From assembly GCA_965649825.1 (NCBI GenBank), contig OZ287696.1:1894081-1958080 (forward strand): 64,000 nucleotides of DNA, written 5' to 3'. The position numbers and the translations under genes were made by a program. Shown piece by piece: positions 1-11,645 of the stretch. This stretch comes from Penicillus capitatus. Lineage: Eukaryota; Plantae; Chlorophyta. Under the pieces are notes generated by a model. That model did not search any database. It had not been told where the DNA came from and was given only the letters and a program-made list of their open reading frames with translations. Within the stretch, counting starts at the first letter, position 1, and every line of letters begins with the position of its first letter.

Positions 1-176
1 TCTTACAATGGGAACGGTCATCACAGAATCAGTCCCAAGTACTCACACAAATGTCATGTAGGCTTCTTGATCTCCATGATTTCGATATCGAACACAAGTG
101 TGGCAGTTCTTGAGCGACGCCCATATCAAAAAGATCGAAACATACAAGAGAGACAATCTCGAGGCGGGTAATGATA

Positions 177-1840
177 TTAGAAGTCATCAGGCGGTGTGAC
201 AACGTCGTCATTCGAACGTGAACCCGTCTTGGAAAGTGCATGACTCTGTTGCAAGAGGCTTCTTTTGGCGTCATGAGACGGATAAGCACTTACTGAGCCA
301 TCACTGGATGCAATTTCCGTTTCACACGCGTCTGTATCTTCTGCAACACTCGATATGTCCACACTAGAATCTTCGATCTCCGCATCAGATGCGTCGTCGT
401 GATGAACAAGCCGTCCGACGACTTTGCGCCCGTCGATGAACGTCACTCCGTCGTCGTCATCTCTCGACAGAATCTCGATATTAAGCCCTGAAAGGATTCT
501 CTGTGACAGGTGAACATCGATTCCACACGATGCACTTCTCTCCTTTGTGCATTCATTGTCCGAAGAGGTGTCAGACGAATCGATGCCACTCTGTTCGCCC
601 TTTGAGAATGCACCGTCTTCTTTTCTAATGCGTACAGCAGATGGTCGGTGAGAACAAGCGACGACATTGGAATGTATATGCCCACTTCCATTGCTTCTGT
701 AATCTCTTCATCTCCCTATCCTCGCGATGCTTTTTCGCCATCTCGATGTTGCGATGCTTCGCGAGGCGACACTCCAAGTGGTTCACGTTCCTAAACTGTT
801 CAACGTAGCGTTTGTAACTAAGTGCACGACGCTGCAGTTTTCATCAAGGCGGAGGCCACTGTGGAAGTACAGAGTATGGAATTCAGACTGAAGCGCTTCG
901 TATTCATCCATGTACGACGGCCGTATCGTGTTCAACGAGATAAGGCGTTTCTCGCTGCGTCTCAGTTCGGCTCTTTTGAAATCGACAGCCTCTTCGATTT
1001 TCTGTTTTGCGGCAGAGACTTCATCTAGTCGCCCGGATTTCGCCCTAATGCACACAGCCGCATAAATTCAACGCGCATTCGAAGGCACGGCTCACCTCAG
1101 ATCACTGTCCATTCTCGAGGAGAGGGTGTCAATGGCAGCGACGAAGTCCTCGGAGTCGACAGCAACCGAAATCGCTTTTCGACGTGCGCTGTCATTTCCT
1201 GATTTTTCGCATTCGAGTGCCTTCTGCAGAGCAAACGTTGTGCGGCCAAGGTTCTCGATCAGTTCCTGGATACGCCTCCTGTCTTGTCGTACAAGCGTCC
1301 AATCCACGTCTTCCGAACGCATCCCATCACCTGTCTACAGCAGCAACAGCTTACGAGCATCTTGAGAGATGCCGGGCAAAACCGAGCGGCCTCCGGCATG
1401 TCGCGAGGCATGCAACAGAGTGGCCACCTTCAGCAACTCTCCGATGGCATCGCCTTCCGCCGCGTAGAGGCGCTTGAGATCCAGCTTCAGATGAAACTCT
1501 GTGTACAGGAGCGATCCTGCATGCGTCAGAAAGTCGACCCTTTCCGTCTCTGTGCCAATCTCTTCAGGCAGGTCGATGTCTGGATGACAACTAAGAAGGC
1601 GGCCATGCTCTTCAGTGCGTTTGCAAAGTTATCTGTGACAGTCTGTACCGTTTGACCAACCACGGTAAGATATCGGCCATGAGCTCAAAATGCGGCTTGG
1701 TGAAACTCGAAATGGACATCGGTCTCTTGTAACCGAGCGCGTGCAAAATATCGATCAGTCCTGCGCGAGCAGCAACTGAACATGAGGCAGCAAACAGAAC
1801 GCTATCCACTTCGCATTTCCGAAATCGAAGTGGCGTGCAT
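177..1840 (-). CDS. CLUAP1: Clusterin-associated protein 1 / intraflagellar transport protein IFT38 (multi-exon)
   Basis: Spliced N-terminus MHATSISEMR-RLIDILHALGYKRPMSISSFTKPHFELMADILPWLVKRY matches CLUAP1 (ALGYPR.ISMENFR.PNF.LV..L.WLVKRY). Coiled coil KRAELRRSEKRLISLNTIRPSYMDEYE. Acidic tail ending DDF-stop at 177. Confidence 0.9.
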
Positions 1841-1963
1841 CGCGATTCAGTCAACGAAAGACGGACGGCGGCAGATGTGGTCGACGTCAAAGTGTACAAA
1901 AGGCATCGTTGTACGACAAACATGTCGAGAAGGACGCACACTCTGGAAGGCGAAGGGGCGAGT

Positions 1964-2973
1964 TCATTTGTGCGACCTTGTCGGGCTTTTTATCGCGAAT
2001 ATCGGCAAGAACGGCTTGTCCGCCATTCCCACAACTCTCTTGTTCTTGAGAACGGGACGCAGTCGAGGACCGAGAACATAAGACAGAGCAGCTCCTCCAA
2101 CAAGACCTCCTAAGTGTCCCCTGAAGCACGTGTTCGCTCAGCACGATTCGCCAACCGATGCAGCATCTGTCACCAGTTGTCGATGCGTCGCACAATCAGG
2201 CCGTACATGAAATTAATGGCGGCGGTGTCGCGAAGACTTCTTAGGAGTTCATCCGATGTTGGGCCCATGAGGGTCTTGTGTCGCCAGGCGAACATCGCCA
2301 AGGCGCCGGCAATTCCAAAGATCGCCCCTGATGAACGTCGAAACACAGAAGCCGCCACGCATCGAATGTACCGGAGGCGCCGATGGACATGTGCGGCGAC
2401 ATGCAGAAGCTCAGGATGCCGCCAGCGACAGCAGAGCCATGATAGACGGTGGTGAAACGCGCCTTGCCACTTGTCGACTCCACCAACGGACCTATCTGAT
2501 GCAAGGCGTTACAGTTGAACTGCGCACACGACTGCGTCGCAAACCGAGATCTCCATCAGGCCTTACCGCACCCCTAAGTGCAGCAGATCTCCGTGCAGAA
2601 ACGCCGACGTGAGAAATCTCCAGACTTGGCCCTTGGCGATGAATTCATTGATCTAAACCGAACACTGTGTCCATTTGCAACGACATGGTCATCGCGTGCT
2701 TTGGCTCCGTGGAGCAACAGCGTCTTTCCCGTCAGCAACTGTAGGCCGAACATCGCCACGTTGAGTACAATCAACGTATCTGTCACCCGTCTGCCCTCTG
2801 CTCCGAATCGAGAGTACCCATCGTTGCCAGACGAGGCACTAGAACATAGCCAACGGGGTTTTCGCCGAATGCTGAAGGGCGAGTGACGTGCCTTCGTCTC
2901 GAATGCCTTCTCGGTCTGTTTCTCCCCAGAGAAGGGCCGACGGAGGCAACGAGCAGCGACGATTTGAGGACAT
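1964..2973 (-). CDS. Rhomboid-like intramembrane serine protease (plant RBL10-like, probably organellar); start uncertain
   Basis: Exons give VTDTLIVLNVAMFGLQLL, SAFLHGDLLHL, SIGAS|GAIFG (catalytic Ser) and IDNW|GHLGG (catalytic His), joined by GT-AG introns. Confidence 0.85.
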
Positions 2974-3073
2974 GACCAAAGCGCTGGAATCGTCGTGTCC
3001 GGAGAAAAGGAGGAAAGTACGAGTACGAGAGCGAGAGAGACTTTGGGACGGAATTCTGCAGCATCGAAACGAT

Positions 3074-3910
3074 TTAATGATGATCATCTGTAAGGGACAG
3101 CTTTAAGATTCGCTTCCAGATGTTGTGCGCCGTCTCTTGCGCGGCAGCCGATGAACTCGCCGTTGCGCAGACGATCAGACTGCGCTCATCGTCTCCCACA
3201 TCGAGTCCAAGTCGCAAATATACGATCACTCTGTCCTTGCGCATCTTTTCGCATATGACGCGCATACGCGAGAGCAGTTTTTCGCAGAGGCGGCAGAATC
3301 TTTCGTTTTGCAGCTTCTGCACGACAGCGGGATTGATGACAATTTCCGAAGCAGGCCATGGACCTTGATTCAGCGAGAGACGAACGCTCTTTCGGGTGGA
3401 GACCAAGAACGACGCCACCTGGATGTTGACACCGAACAAACCACCGTCGGACTCGTAGAACGCAATATCCGTAGAGGCATCGCAGCGAAGCTCGGCGGCT
3501 TTGATGATGACTTCGTTTCGTGGCAGAGGCGACGCGCTGAGAGCGATCTTCACCGAACCGTCTCGATATCGTAGTGCCGACGGAACCTCCTCTGCGACAC
3601 TCCAGTCAACATGTGGTCGAGCTCCTGGGTAGATTAGCGGGATCGTGTACTCCTGTTCGCGCATCCACCTCGTGTACATCCTCATCTGCGAGACGGCCTT
3701 GAGCGACCATCGATCCAGTTGCCAACAGTCACGTCGGGCGCGCGTTCGCCGACGGCGTTTCTGTTGCGCATCGGGGGTGTTGATCTGTCCGCCCTCTCCT
3801 CTCTGCCGGCGTGTTCTTTTGCCGCCGAAGATCGATTGCTGTTCTTCTGTGCCCATTTCTTTCTCAGCGATCTTGACAGGCGGCGTCTCCTCATGTTTCG
3901 CTGCATCCAT
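3074..3910 (-). CDS. Hypothetical protein (about 278 aa, apparently intronless)
   Basis: Long uninterrupted ORF with a basic low-complexity N-terminus (QKRRRRTRARR) and a globular-looking C-terminal part. First ATG at 3910. No family recognised. Confidence 0.55.
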   Translation of the reverse strand: MDAAKHEETPPVKIAEKEMGTEEQQSIFGGKRTRRQRGEGGQINTPDAQQKRRRRTRARRDCWQLDRWSLKAVSQMRMYTRWMREQEYTIPLIYPGARPHVDWSVAEEVPSALRYRDGSVKIALSASPLPRNEVIIKAAELRCDASTDIAFYESDGGLFGVNIQVASFLVSTRKSVRLSLNQGPWPASEIVINPAVVQKLQNERFCRLCEKLLSRMRVICEKMRKDRVIVYLRLGLDVGDDERSLIVCATASSSAAAQETAHNIWKRILKLSLTDDHH

Positions 3911-4064
3911 AGATCGTTCGTTCGCGTCGAGAGGACGTTTCAATGGACGCTGTCTTTAATCCAGTCCGTTCATGTCGACGTTCATCTAACCGTCCCGTCT
4001 TGCCGTTCAGCGCATCGACGCCTCGAGAGTGTATAATAAACGTGCATCTTGCTTCCCAGAATGT

Positions 4065-6443
4065 CAGCGCCCGACGGAAATGGCGTGACCGTTGGTGTTG
4101 TGAATGATGGTCGTCTCCGGCGACGTGATTGCCCATTCGTACCAGACCTACACACGAGAGCACGGATGATGGACGTGCGGATTCGACAAGGTCTCCTGAC
4201 CTGACGTTGCTCCACCAGCCTCCAGAAATGCACGTCGATGGTGATGGGACCCTTCGGAACGTAGATGGGAGAGGTCAGTGGAAAGAACATGGAAAACCAG
4301 CTCTCCATGTCTTCGGTGTGCCTCTCGGGTACGGTACTCAACTTAACAGATCCGTGGAGTACGGTATCAAAGTATCCAACCAGTCCATGCATCATGCAAG
4401 CAGGGGCATCTCCATCTCGGCGAAACTGCAGCTTTGCATACCGTGAATTGTCGATGGGATGATTTCTGCAACAGCATCAATGTGCAACAGCGATTGGACA
4501 GAAGCGGGTTACCGATTGGGGTGAGAGAATGTGAAAACGGGGAGAGGGGACGAAAGAAGATCATGATTCGAGAGCTTGACGACGTAAGAGGTTTCGAGGT
4601 TCTTGCGATCCTTGTAGGACATTGCATAGGAGTATGCCTTCGAGGCTGTGATCGGTGCGCAGAAACTGGTGTAGGAAGCAGGAATGCTGATGCCACCTTC
4701 CTGTCGTTGCCACAGCAATGCACTGCAGGGGTGATCATCGATGGGAGACCTTGAGGAAACGCTGTGCACCGTCCAGGCATTCGGGCGAGAGCTCGTTGTC
4801 GCCAAAGGACCCGAGAAGCTCGCTGACCAAGATGTCTGCCTTTTCAGGCGCATCCCACGTTCGCATGTCGTGAGGTACGATCGTGACAGTGTCTCCCCAT
4901 CTGGAAGACACACGCCGAGCGTAAGGGACTTGACGCAGACGGGCAAGCACTGACTGCCACTCGGTGGCTCTGATACGGAGGTCGATGACAGCGTAAGGGT
5001 TCTTTTCGATGGCATAGATGTGCACTTTTCGTGCGCAGTCCTTTGCCGCTCGTACGGAAGCGCGCACTAATGGGCCTCTCCCTCGAAACCACGGCCTCTG
5101 TAAGGTTTCACGATGCTGAATCTGAAGCAGACCTGCGCCGACCACCATGATCACGACAGATTTGCCACGTTCTTCTTGCGGCCAGTCCAGAAGAGCACCG
5201 TGAATGGCCTCCTCATAAGCACTGTACTTTGGCGCATCTTTTTCGAAGACGTCGTAAGTGTGGGCATCCAGATTGTCCTTCAGGGGTTCCAGTGGAATCT
5301 AGCACCAACGGCTCAGTTCGGCAACGAACGCGCAAAGAGATCTGACCTGCAATTGATCAAAGTATTGCCTGGAGAGAATCTGATCTTCTGTCAACGTAGG
5401 CAGGCTTCTGAAGAGATAGCAGAGATATTCGAAGTAAAGCGTCATGTTCTCGAGTGGCATCAAGGAAGAAACAGCAGAGTCGTCAGCATTGTTCTTCGAT
5501 GCAGAGTCATGGATGCCATTATCTCCTGCCAAGACCAGCTGCGTGCATCAGCCTTGCTGTCCCGACAGCAGCGAGGATCGACCCGTTACCTGTACATTCG
5601 TCGACAGAAGGCGCTCTGCGAGGAATCGATGTTGCTTGGACAGTACAGGGAAGCCTTTCTTGTTAGTGACAAAGCAGTTTGTCGGGATCAGCATGGCTCG
5701 AACAGGTTCGCCATAGAAGCGAGTGATCTGCTGCGGACGTGGCAGATCTTCGGTCAGTTCCAGCAGAACACCTAACAGAAAGTGGTGATGGCAGAGACAT
5801 CTCAACTGATTCCACGTCTCCCATGGGTCCTCTTCCTCTAAAACAGACATCAAATGATGAGACAGTGCCAAGGCACACAACCGTCATTCAGTTTAATGTG
5901 AATCCAGTAGGCCATGTTCGAAACACTGCCCTCCAGTTTCTGCATAAATGGAGGGATTTCTTTGGGAACGGAGGAAAAGAGAAAAGGATACTGAATTCAC
6001 AACGCGGGCGATGTGCACGAGGTCATGCGATTTGGGTGTCAGTGAGATGACCACGGCATGGATACCACAGTGCATGGCCCATTCTATTTGCTGTTCCAAA
6101 GCGCCTTCATCTGTTGTCACCTGTCCCACGATCTGCCAACCGTGTTTAGATTCCAAGCACTTTCGTTCTGAAATCGCGCTAACCTGGTTTCCCGTCTCGC
6201 CCGAAATCGGTGTCAGATCGTCGGGGACGAATTCTCTCTGCGTGACGCCTCGGATAGGACGCTGCAATGGCGTGATGATGAAGTCAAATCCCGCGCGTTC
6301 GACTTCCTGCGTGGCTACCGTCGATCGACTATTGCGTCTCTTTCGTTGCCGACCTTCAGAGTGACGTCTGTTGAGAGCGTGAACGGCGTCTGGAACCCCA
6401 CATAGCGCGAGTTTCCGAACTCTGTTCTTTTTCCAAGCGGCAT
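4065..6443 (-). CDS. PRMT5: Protein arginine N-methyltransferase 5 (SKB1)
   Basis: Start [16 protein letters not shown] resembles plant PRMT5. Motifs FDQLQ, IMVVGAGRGPL region, [56 protein letters not shown]-terminus [27 protein letters not shown]-stop. Confidence 0.97.
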
Positions 6444-6562
6444 TGTTGCACGAGAGAGACGCTATTGGCAGCAATTGCCGCCGACGGCTGTGACAAGACG
6501 GATGAAGCGAATCCCGAACTGCATTCCAGGCAGCCTCCCTGTCCACTCGAGAGTATAAGAGT

Positions 6563-7122
6563 ATGAAGATCAGAAGAGAACTGTCGGTTGTGGCCAGTTC
6601 CATTGAAGGAGACATATTCATTGAATCGATAGAAGATGTGAACATCCGGAGTGTTTGTTGCCCCGTTCGGTCATTCTGGGAGCAGAAGGAACGAAGATCT
6701 GCATTCTCGTACCTAAAAACGACGCACTTTTTCCTCCATACCTGGAGCTTGATGAAGCCAAAGTGGTGCTTGGTATCGGCGCCTGAAAGGGTAACCAATC
6801 GTATATACTTTGCCGCCGCCAGAGAGAAAACGATGCATTGACAGAGCGGTCCTTTTCGAAGGCGTCACTAGTCTATGGAGCCAAACTAGTCGATGTGCTT
6901 TCGACGCCTTTTCCCAGAACCATTCCGGAGCCAAACAAGGACATGGCTCCATCTTCCGCCACGGAGGGAGTGGTCGGTATTGTCGGGAATCGTGCAAACG
7001 ATGTCAGAAAACTCAGAGTCAATACGCTCGCGACAACGACGGACTTCGACGCTCAGCAGATAACACGGGAACTCGAGATGTTTTTACAGGGATTTGCCGT
7101 CTTTAAATACCCAAGGTGGTGA
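6563..7122 (+). CDS. Hypothetical protein, probably two or more exons
   Basis: Two ORF pieces (6563-6841 and 6838-7122) joinable by a GTAACC...TTGACAG intron. Lies divergent from PRMT5. No family recognised. Confidence 0.35.
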
Positions 7123-7478
7123 AGTATTCCTAACCTTAGCCTTTAAAAGCTGCGAACTTGCCCATGCACTTGACAGCCACATTGTCGAAAGGATATGACT
7201 GTCACATCGTGACTGTCTTGGAATCCAAGGGTTCCATCTCCGAAGGGGCGCTTACACGGCGAGTCATGTCACCTGTAGCATATGAATACATGGACGTGGA
7301 CGCATGTTTACCTTTGCTCTGTAAGAACGTGAAGCTTTCCTCTGACAGTTATCATAGTTTGATTAAACTTAGATGAACGTATCATATTGTCACGCGGGTG
7401 GCACCGTGCTAAACGAAAAATGCAGCGGAAGGCTTTACGGCTTACATAGTGATACGCGCAAATATCGAGTTGTGAAAA

Positions 7479-7633
7479 CAAACAGACGGTCGTTGTTACA
7501 GATCGATGGATTGTTTCAAACACCCCTTTTATATGGTTTTCTAGCATGACGTTATGATGGCGTCATGTTTCATGTCATGATATCATCTTCCTCTTCAGTT
7601 CTTCTTCCTTCCTTGACTTCGTGGTAGTGACAA
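7479..7633. repeat. Copy 1 of a diverged direct repeat of about 155 bp (minus-strand TATAAAAGGGG plus multiple TGAC/ATGAC motifs)
   Basis: 7523-7633 aligns with 8108-8218 with about 15 mismatches in about 111 nt by manual alignment. Shared CAAACAGACG and TGTTT(C/G)AAAC blocks further left. Confidence 0.9.
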
Positions 7634-8062
7634 TAGCAAGGTTGTTTTTCTACAGAATGCGCCCATTTATATGTAGGATGTGACAAGACCTCACAGATCA
7701 GTTAAGTCGTCCAACACTCAGGTTGATAAGATAGTGCCCCTGACAAGACGTTGAGTGCCTCTTCATGAACAGAACCTCAGAATCGAGCAGATGATGTGAC
7801 TTCCACGCGAGAACATGACACATCGATTCTGTCGCTCTGTTGGCGAACAAACACACATACGCAAAATAAACTTAAAACTGAAATCGTAAACAAGGCAAAT
7901 ATTCTCCCCTTAATAGAGGTTTTGATGTGCATGGCCATTTATAACGCTTCTAGGACGGTCCTCATATAACAATTCGCTGATATATGACTGTTGCTGATGA
8001 ACGCTACTTGTCCTTTGTAAATCTCTGTTCACACTGTTATGTGTGAATGTGTTTCTTAAAAG

Positions 8063-8218
8063 CAAACAGACGTTTTTCGCAAAAAGATATCGAGTGTTTG
8101 AAACCCCCCCCTTTTATATGATTTCTCAGCATGACGTTATGATTGCGTCATGCTTCTTGTCATGATATCATCTTCTCCTTCAGTTCTTCCTCCTTCTTCA
8201 ACTTCTTGATAGTGACAA
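8063..8218. repeat. Copy 2 of the diverged direct repeat
   Basis: See copy 1. Same orientation, offset about 585 bp, inside an AT-rich gene-poor island (about 7130-8350). Confidence 0.9.
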
Positions 8219-8920
8219 CACTTTCCGACAAAAACATAGTGATAGGTTTTCAGTATTTTTGCGAAAAGCTGAGGCTTCGTGCACAAAGAGATCGTGAGCA
8301 TACGGGGGTCACTCGTAGATCCGAAGACTGAAGACCCAAGCACTTTTTGTTCTTTGGCCAATGATGCTTATGCGGAGGCCGAGCAGTGGATCGGTCCTTA
8401 AAGATACGGCGGATATATGCATGCGTCAAAAAGGTCCAACAGGGCGGCGCGGACATGGTCTCCGCGTTAACTGAGATGAGCTCTTACGTGGCGGGACTGG
8501 ATAGCCAACTAGAGCGGCTCAAGAACACCAAGAGATCTGATAAGACGGGTGGCGCCGTCGATACCGGAAGCGCTTAGGCGCGTCCAGTCATCTTACCTAG
8601 CCGTACTCGGAATTGCAAACAGTTGACGAGTGTCTAAACCGACGACGGTCTTTGACGATCAAAAGAAGACCTCGGCCGAGACGACTGCGGACTTTTATAG
8701 ATGGAATGACGGACGAATTCGCACTTAGTCGACGCCGTCTCAGACTCGCGCTTAAACGCAATCGATCATTTTGGTGTTGGCATGATCAAAGGTCGAAGGG
8801 CGTCCGTCGCGAAGTTCGGCACGTGTGTGACGTTTTCGATCTCGGTCGGTCCTAGCACGAGTTGTAGACACGTGTGGCGGAGTTGTCTCACTCGAGGCGA
8901 CTCCGCCCTGTATTTTTACG

Positions 8921-9684
8921 TCAAACGCAGGTTATACTTGGTGGCGGATTCGTCCCTGTCCCGACGGGCATACGCCTTCGCCACCTACATCTATTCAAGC
9001 GTTGCCATGTTTCCTCGCGCAATCCAGTCCGTCTGCAGCGCGGCAGCATGAGTAGCAGACTGGAATACCCGGAAACCGTGCCGTCGACTCCACTGGCCAG
9101 TCCGTTAAGGTGCATTTGAGTCACAGAATGCTTTGTACATCTTTCTCTGCCGATGCGCACATGAAACTTGATAGACTCAGACATCAAGATGTGTTTCGAC
9201 CGAACGAATCCTTTGATCTCTGTGGCATCCGAGATGGGCATCACACAACACGGCATTCCCTGTCGAACGTATCGCTGAAGGGTCATTCCTCCTGCAGACA
9301 AACAGACAACGTATCTCTGTGGCTGCTCTATCGACTGGACAATGAGCCCAGATGGTTGCCACCTCTGCATGGTGAAGATAGTGCATGCTCCGTACCCACA
9401 AGTGTCATCCTGTACGATGCTGTAGCGTCTCACACGAAAAACAAGACAAGACGTACAGGAATGCTATTCGGTTGAAGGAGAACTCCGGCAAGTTCATTCG
9501 TAATGGCCGGTGCTGCTGACAGCACGTCATCAGTCATCATCTTCTAACCCCATGCGTTCAACAGCGAGACGTGGCACCCATTTCTATTCGCGTTTCGCTT
9601 AAACGGATACTGCTCAAAAATACTCTGGCACCGTTCGTGCTGTACATCCTTCAATCCCTGAGGCAGCGTCGTCTTAGCTTCCAT
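8921..9684 (-). CDS. Hypothetical multi-exon protein; 3' end uncertain
   Basis: ATG at 9684 (MEAKTTLPQGLKD), several GT-AG intron-like segments and a globular-looking exon (GGMTLQRYVRQGMPCCVMPISDATEIKGFVRSKHILMSESIKF). No family recognised. Confidence 0.35.
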
Positions 9685-10310
9685 TCGGAGTTGACTGACG
9701 AACCATAATCACGCAGCACGATGGATTTCTAGGCAGCAACGAGGCAACTGTCCCGCCCGTCCTCTGGATTTCGCAGCACATAATTCGACGCCGTGCGTTT
9801 CGATGGATGTTATCCGTGGTCTCCCGAACAGCAGAAGTGCTTCATGCAGAAGACGATTCGCGCTGCACCGTCTTCAGCGACTCCGCACACTGCGTTCACA
9901 TCCACCAGTGTAACCTACACGAGGATTCTTCTTTGGCAAGGGATAAGAGAGGAAAGTTTTTTGCAGTCGATGACGAGCGGTACGTTGGCGTCATCATTAC
10001 CTAATACGTTCAGGCAGACAAGCATGGAGTGATCTCCTGCTGGTCTGTAGAGGCACATCTCGACAGTTTATCTGCCGTTCACGCCGTATTCAATTACGTT
10101 GGGCGATGCATTCGTGGTTGGCAGAGCTCCAGCGCGTCTACTCCATGCAATCGATGATGCTTTTTATGACGCAGCCAGGCAGCACTTGGATCATTCGTAT
10201 TCCCGTCCATCCAAACCAGTCGTTAGTCAGACAGCGAGCGGCATCGCCATCAGTCGAATTTCACAACAGTCGTGTGTTCGGAGTATTGGTTTCGCGTTTC
10301 TACCGCATCG

Positions 10311-10838
10311 ATGCCGACGGACGCTCCAATGGCTTATTATGGATGCAGTGGTTTAACAGCAGACGCAGACAACGTGCTCGTCTACCCAACCAATACGCAC
10401 GTTCGCATTGTTGGAAATAAACGAACGCAAGCGTCGCTTACTGGACAAGAGGGTATTGTGATTAAGACGGTCGGTCTGGGCGGATGGCACTGGTTGGAGC
10501 TCAAGAACGGCACAACTGTCAAGGTGCAACGCAATGCGCTCTGTCTGGCAGATGACGTTGCATCCGATAGCTGCTGTGAAGGAGCCTCGACACCGTCTGA
10601 GCGATCCAGCACGCATGGATGTTCAGAATTCCATGCAATGAAAGCACGTACCGCTGGCGGTGTCAACCTGCAGAAGCTCAGCACGGTGACCTTAATGAGA
10701 TATGCCCACCTCCATGGACTCAACATAGGATCGCGCGTCCGTCGCGATGCCTTGATCAAACATGTACTGTGGCATTTCGAGTCGCTCTCGTCCGACGAAT
10801 CGGCAATTCTGACGTCTCTGTGTCAGCGCGGCCGTTAG
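10311..10838 (+). CDS. Plant-type SAP30-function-related (AFR1/AFR2-like) Sin3-HDAC complex subunit
   Basis: VRIVGNKRTQASLTGQEGIVIKTVGLGGWHWLELKNGTTVKVQRNAL matches the plant AFR N-terminal motif. C-terminal VNLQKLSTVTLMRYAHLHGL...HVLWHFESLSSDESAIL resembles the SAP30 Sin3-binding domain. Confidence 0.8.
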   Translation: MPTDAPMAYYGCSGLTADADNVLVYPTNTHVRIVGNKRTQASLTGQEGIVIKTVGLGGWHWLELKNGTTVKVQRNALCLADDVASDSCCEGASTPSERSSTHGCSEFHAMKARTAGGVNLQKLSTVTLMRYAHLHGLNIGSRVRRDALIKHVLWHFESLSSDESAILTSLCQRGR

Positions 10839-11645
10839 GTTCTAGGAAATGATCATACCGGAGGCAGATCGCACGTATTCTCTCACTCAATCCCTGACGC
10901 TCAATGAGAGATCAAATGTTACGGAGTACGTGCAGGACGTTTAGGCAGTAGACGTGACGATCTGCATCCATGACATGTGTTTGTTCTTTCGAAAATCGCA
11001 TCTCAGGTGAAGAGGTCTATTCTTAACACGTTTCTCTTGAGCCTTCTCACGTCTTGTTTGCATTTTTTGGAAACTGTACGAACACCCCTGCCATTGCCTA
11101 CTTTGTTTGTTCGATCGAACCGTCGCAGAATCTGTGGACTGTCCGCGATGGACGGACAGCAAGATTCGACATCTTTCTTTTCATTTTCGCCATTGTGTCT
11201 CTTTTTATAAATTCTTTGTGGGGTCAGGCTGAATTGGTGATATCTATCTGCACTGTGCATGGATAGATCCACCATTGCCGATCGTCTCTTTTCGGACAAT
11301 TTCAGAAGATTTGTGCCGCTCTTTGAAGGAAGCGCTCCGCAAACAATGTCGTCTCCTCTTGTCCAGAGGTTTCTCGAATGTTGATCTTGCCACTGTCAAC
11401 ACATCTGTGAAGCACAGTTGTATCGGTGGTGGACATGGACCAAACATGTAAAACATCCTTACTCGCCACACCATTCGATGCACTGTGTGTCTCTCGATTG
11501 AGCGGACACCCAGCTGACATCTCTCTCCCAGTGCTCAACGGCCAGACCGTTTGCGAACTGTGCGGCAGATCACTACATTGCATCGCAAAGGCAAACGCAT
11601 GTGGTATTGTCTCTGTGTACCGGCGGCATTCGGACTCACGGTTCC

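Noticed and set aside
54-104. Minus-strand peptide ATLVFDIEIMEIKKPT* resembling an FKBP C-terminus
   Set aside because: It lies just 3' of the CLUAP1 stop with no start codon and no room for the rest of an FKBP domain; most likely coincidence in a UTR.
5113-5775. Long antisense ORFs (also 14353-14958, 17623-18273, 32401-33036, 34221-34880, 49378-50079)
   Set aside because: Shadow frames opposite recognised genes, with no independent motifs.
5893-6798. 301-aa ORF suggesting a long N-terminal extension of PRMT5
   Set aside because: Chance open frame running through an intron and upstream DNA. The plant-like PRMT5 start MPLGKR is at 6443 in another frame.
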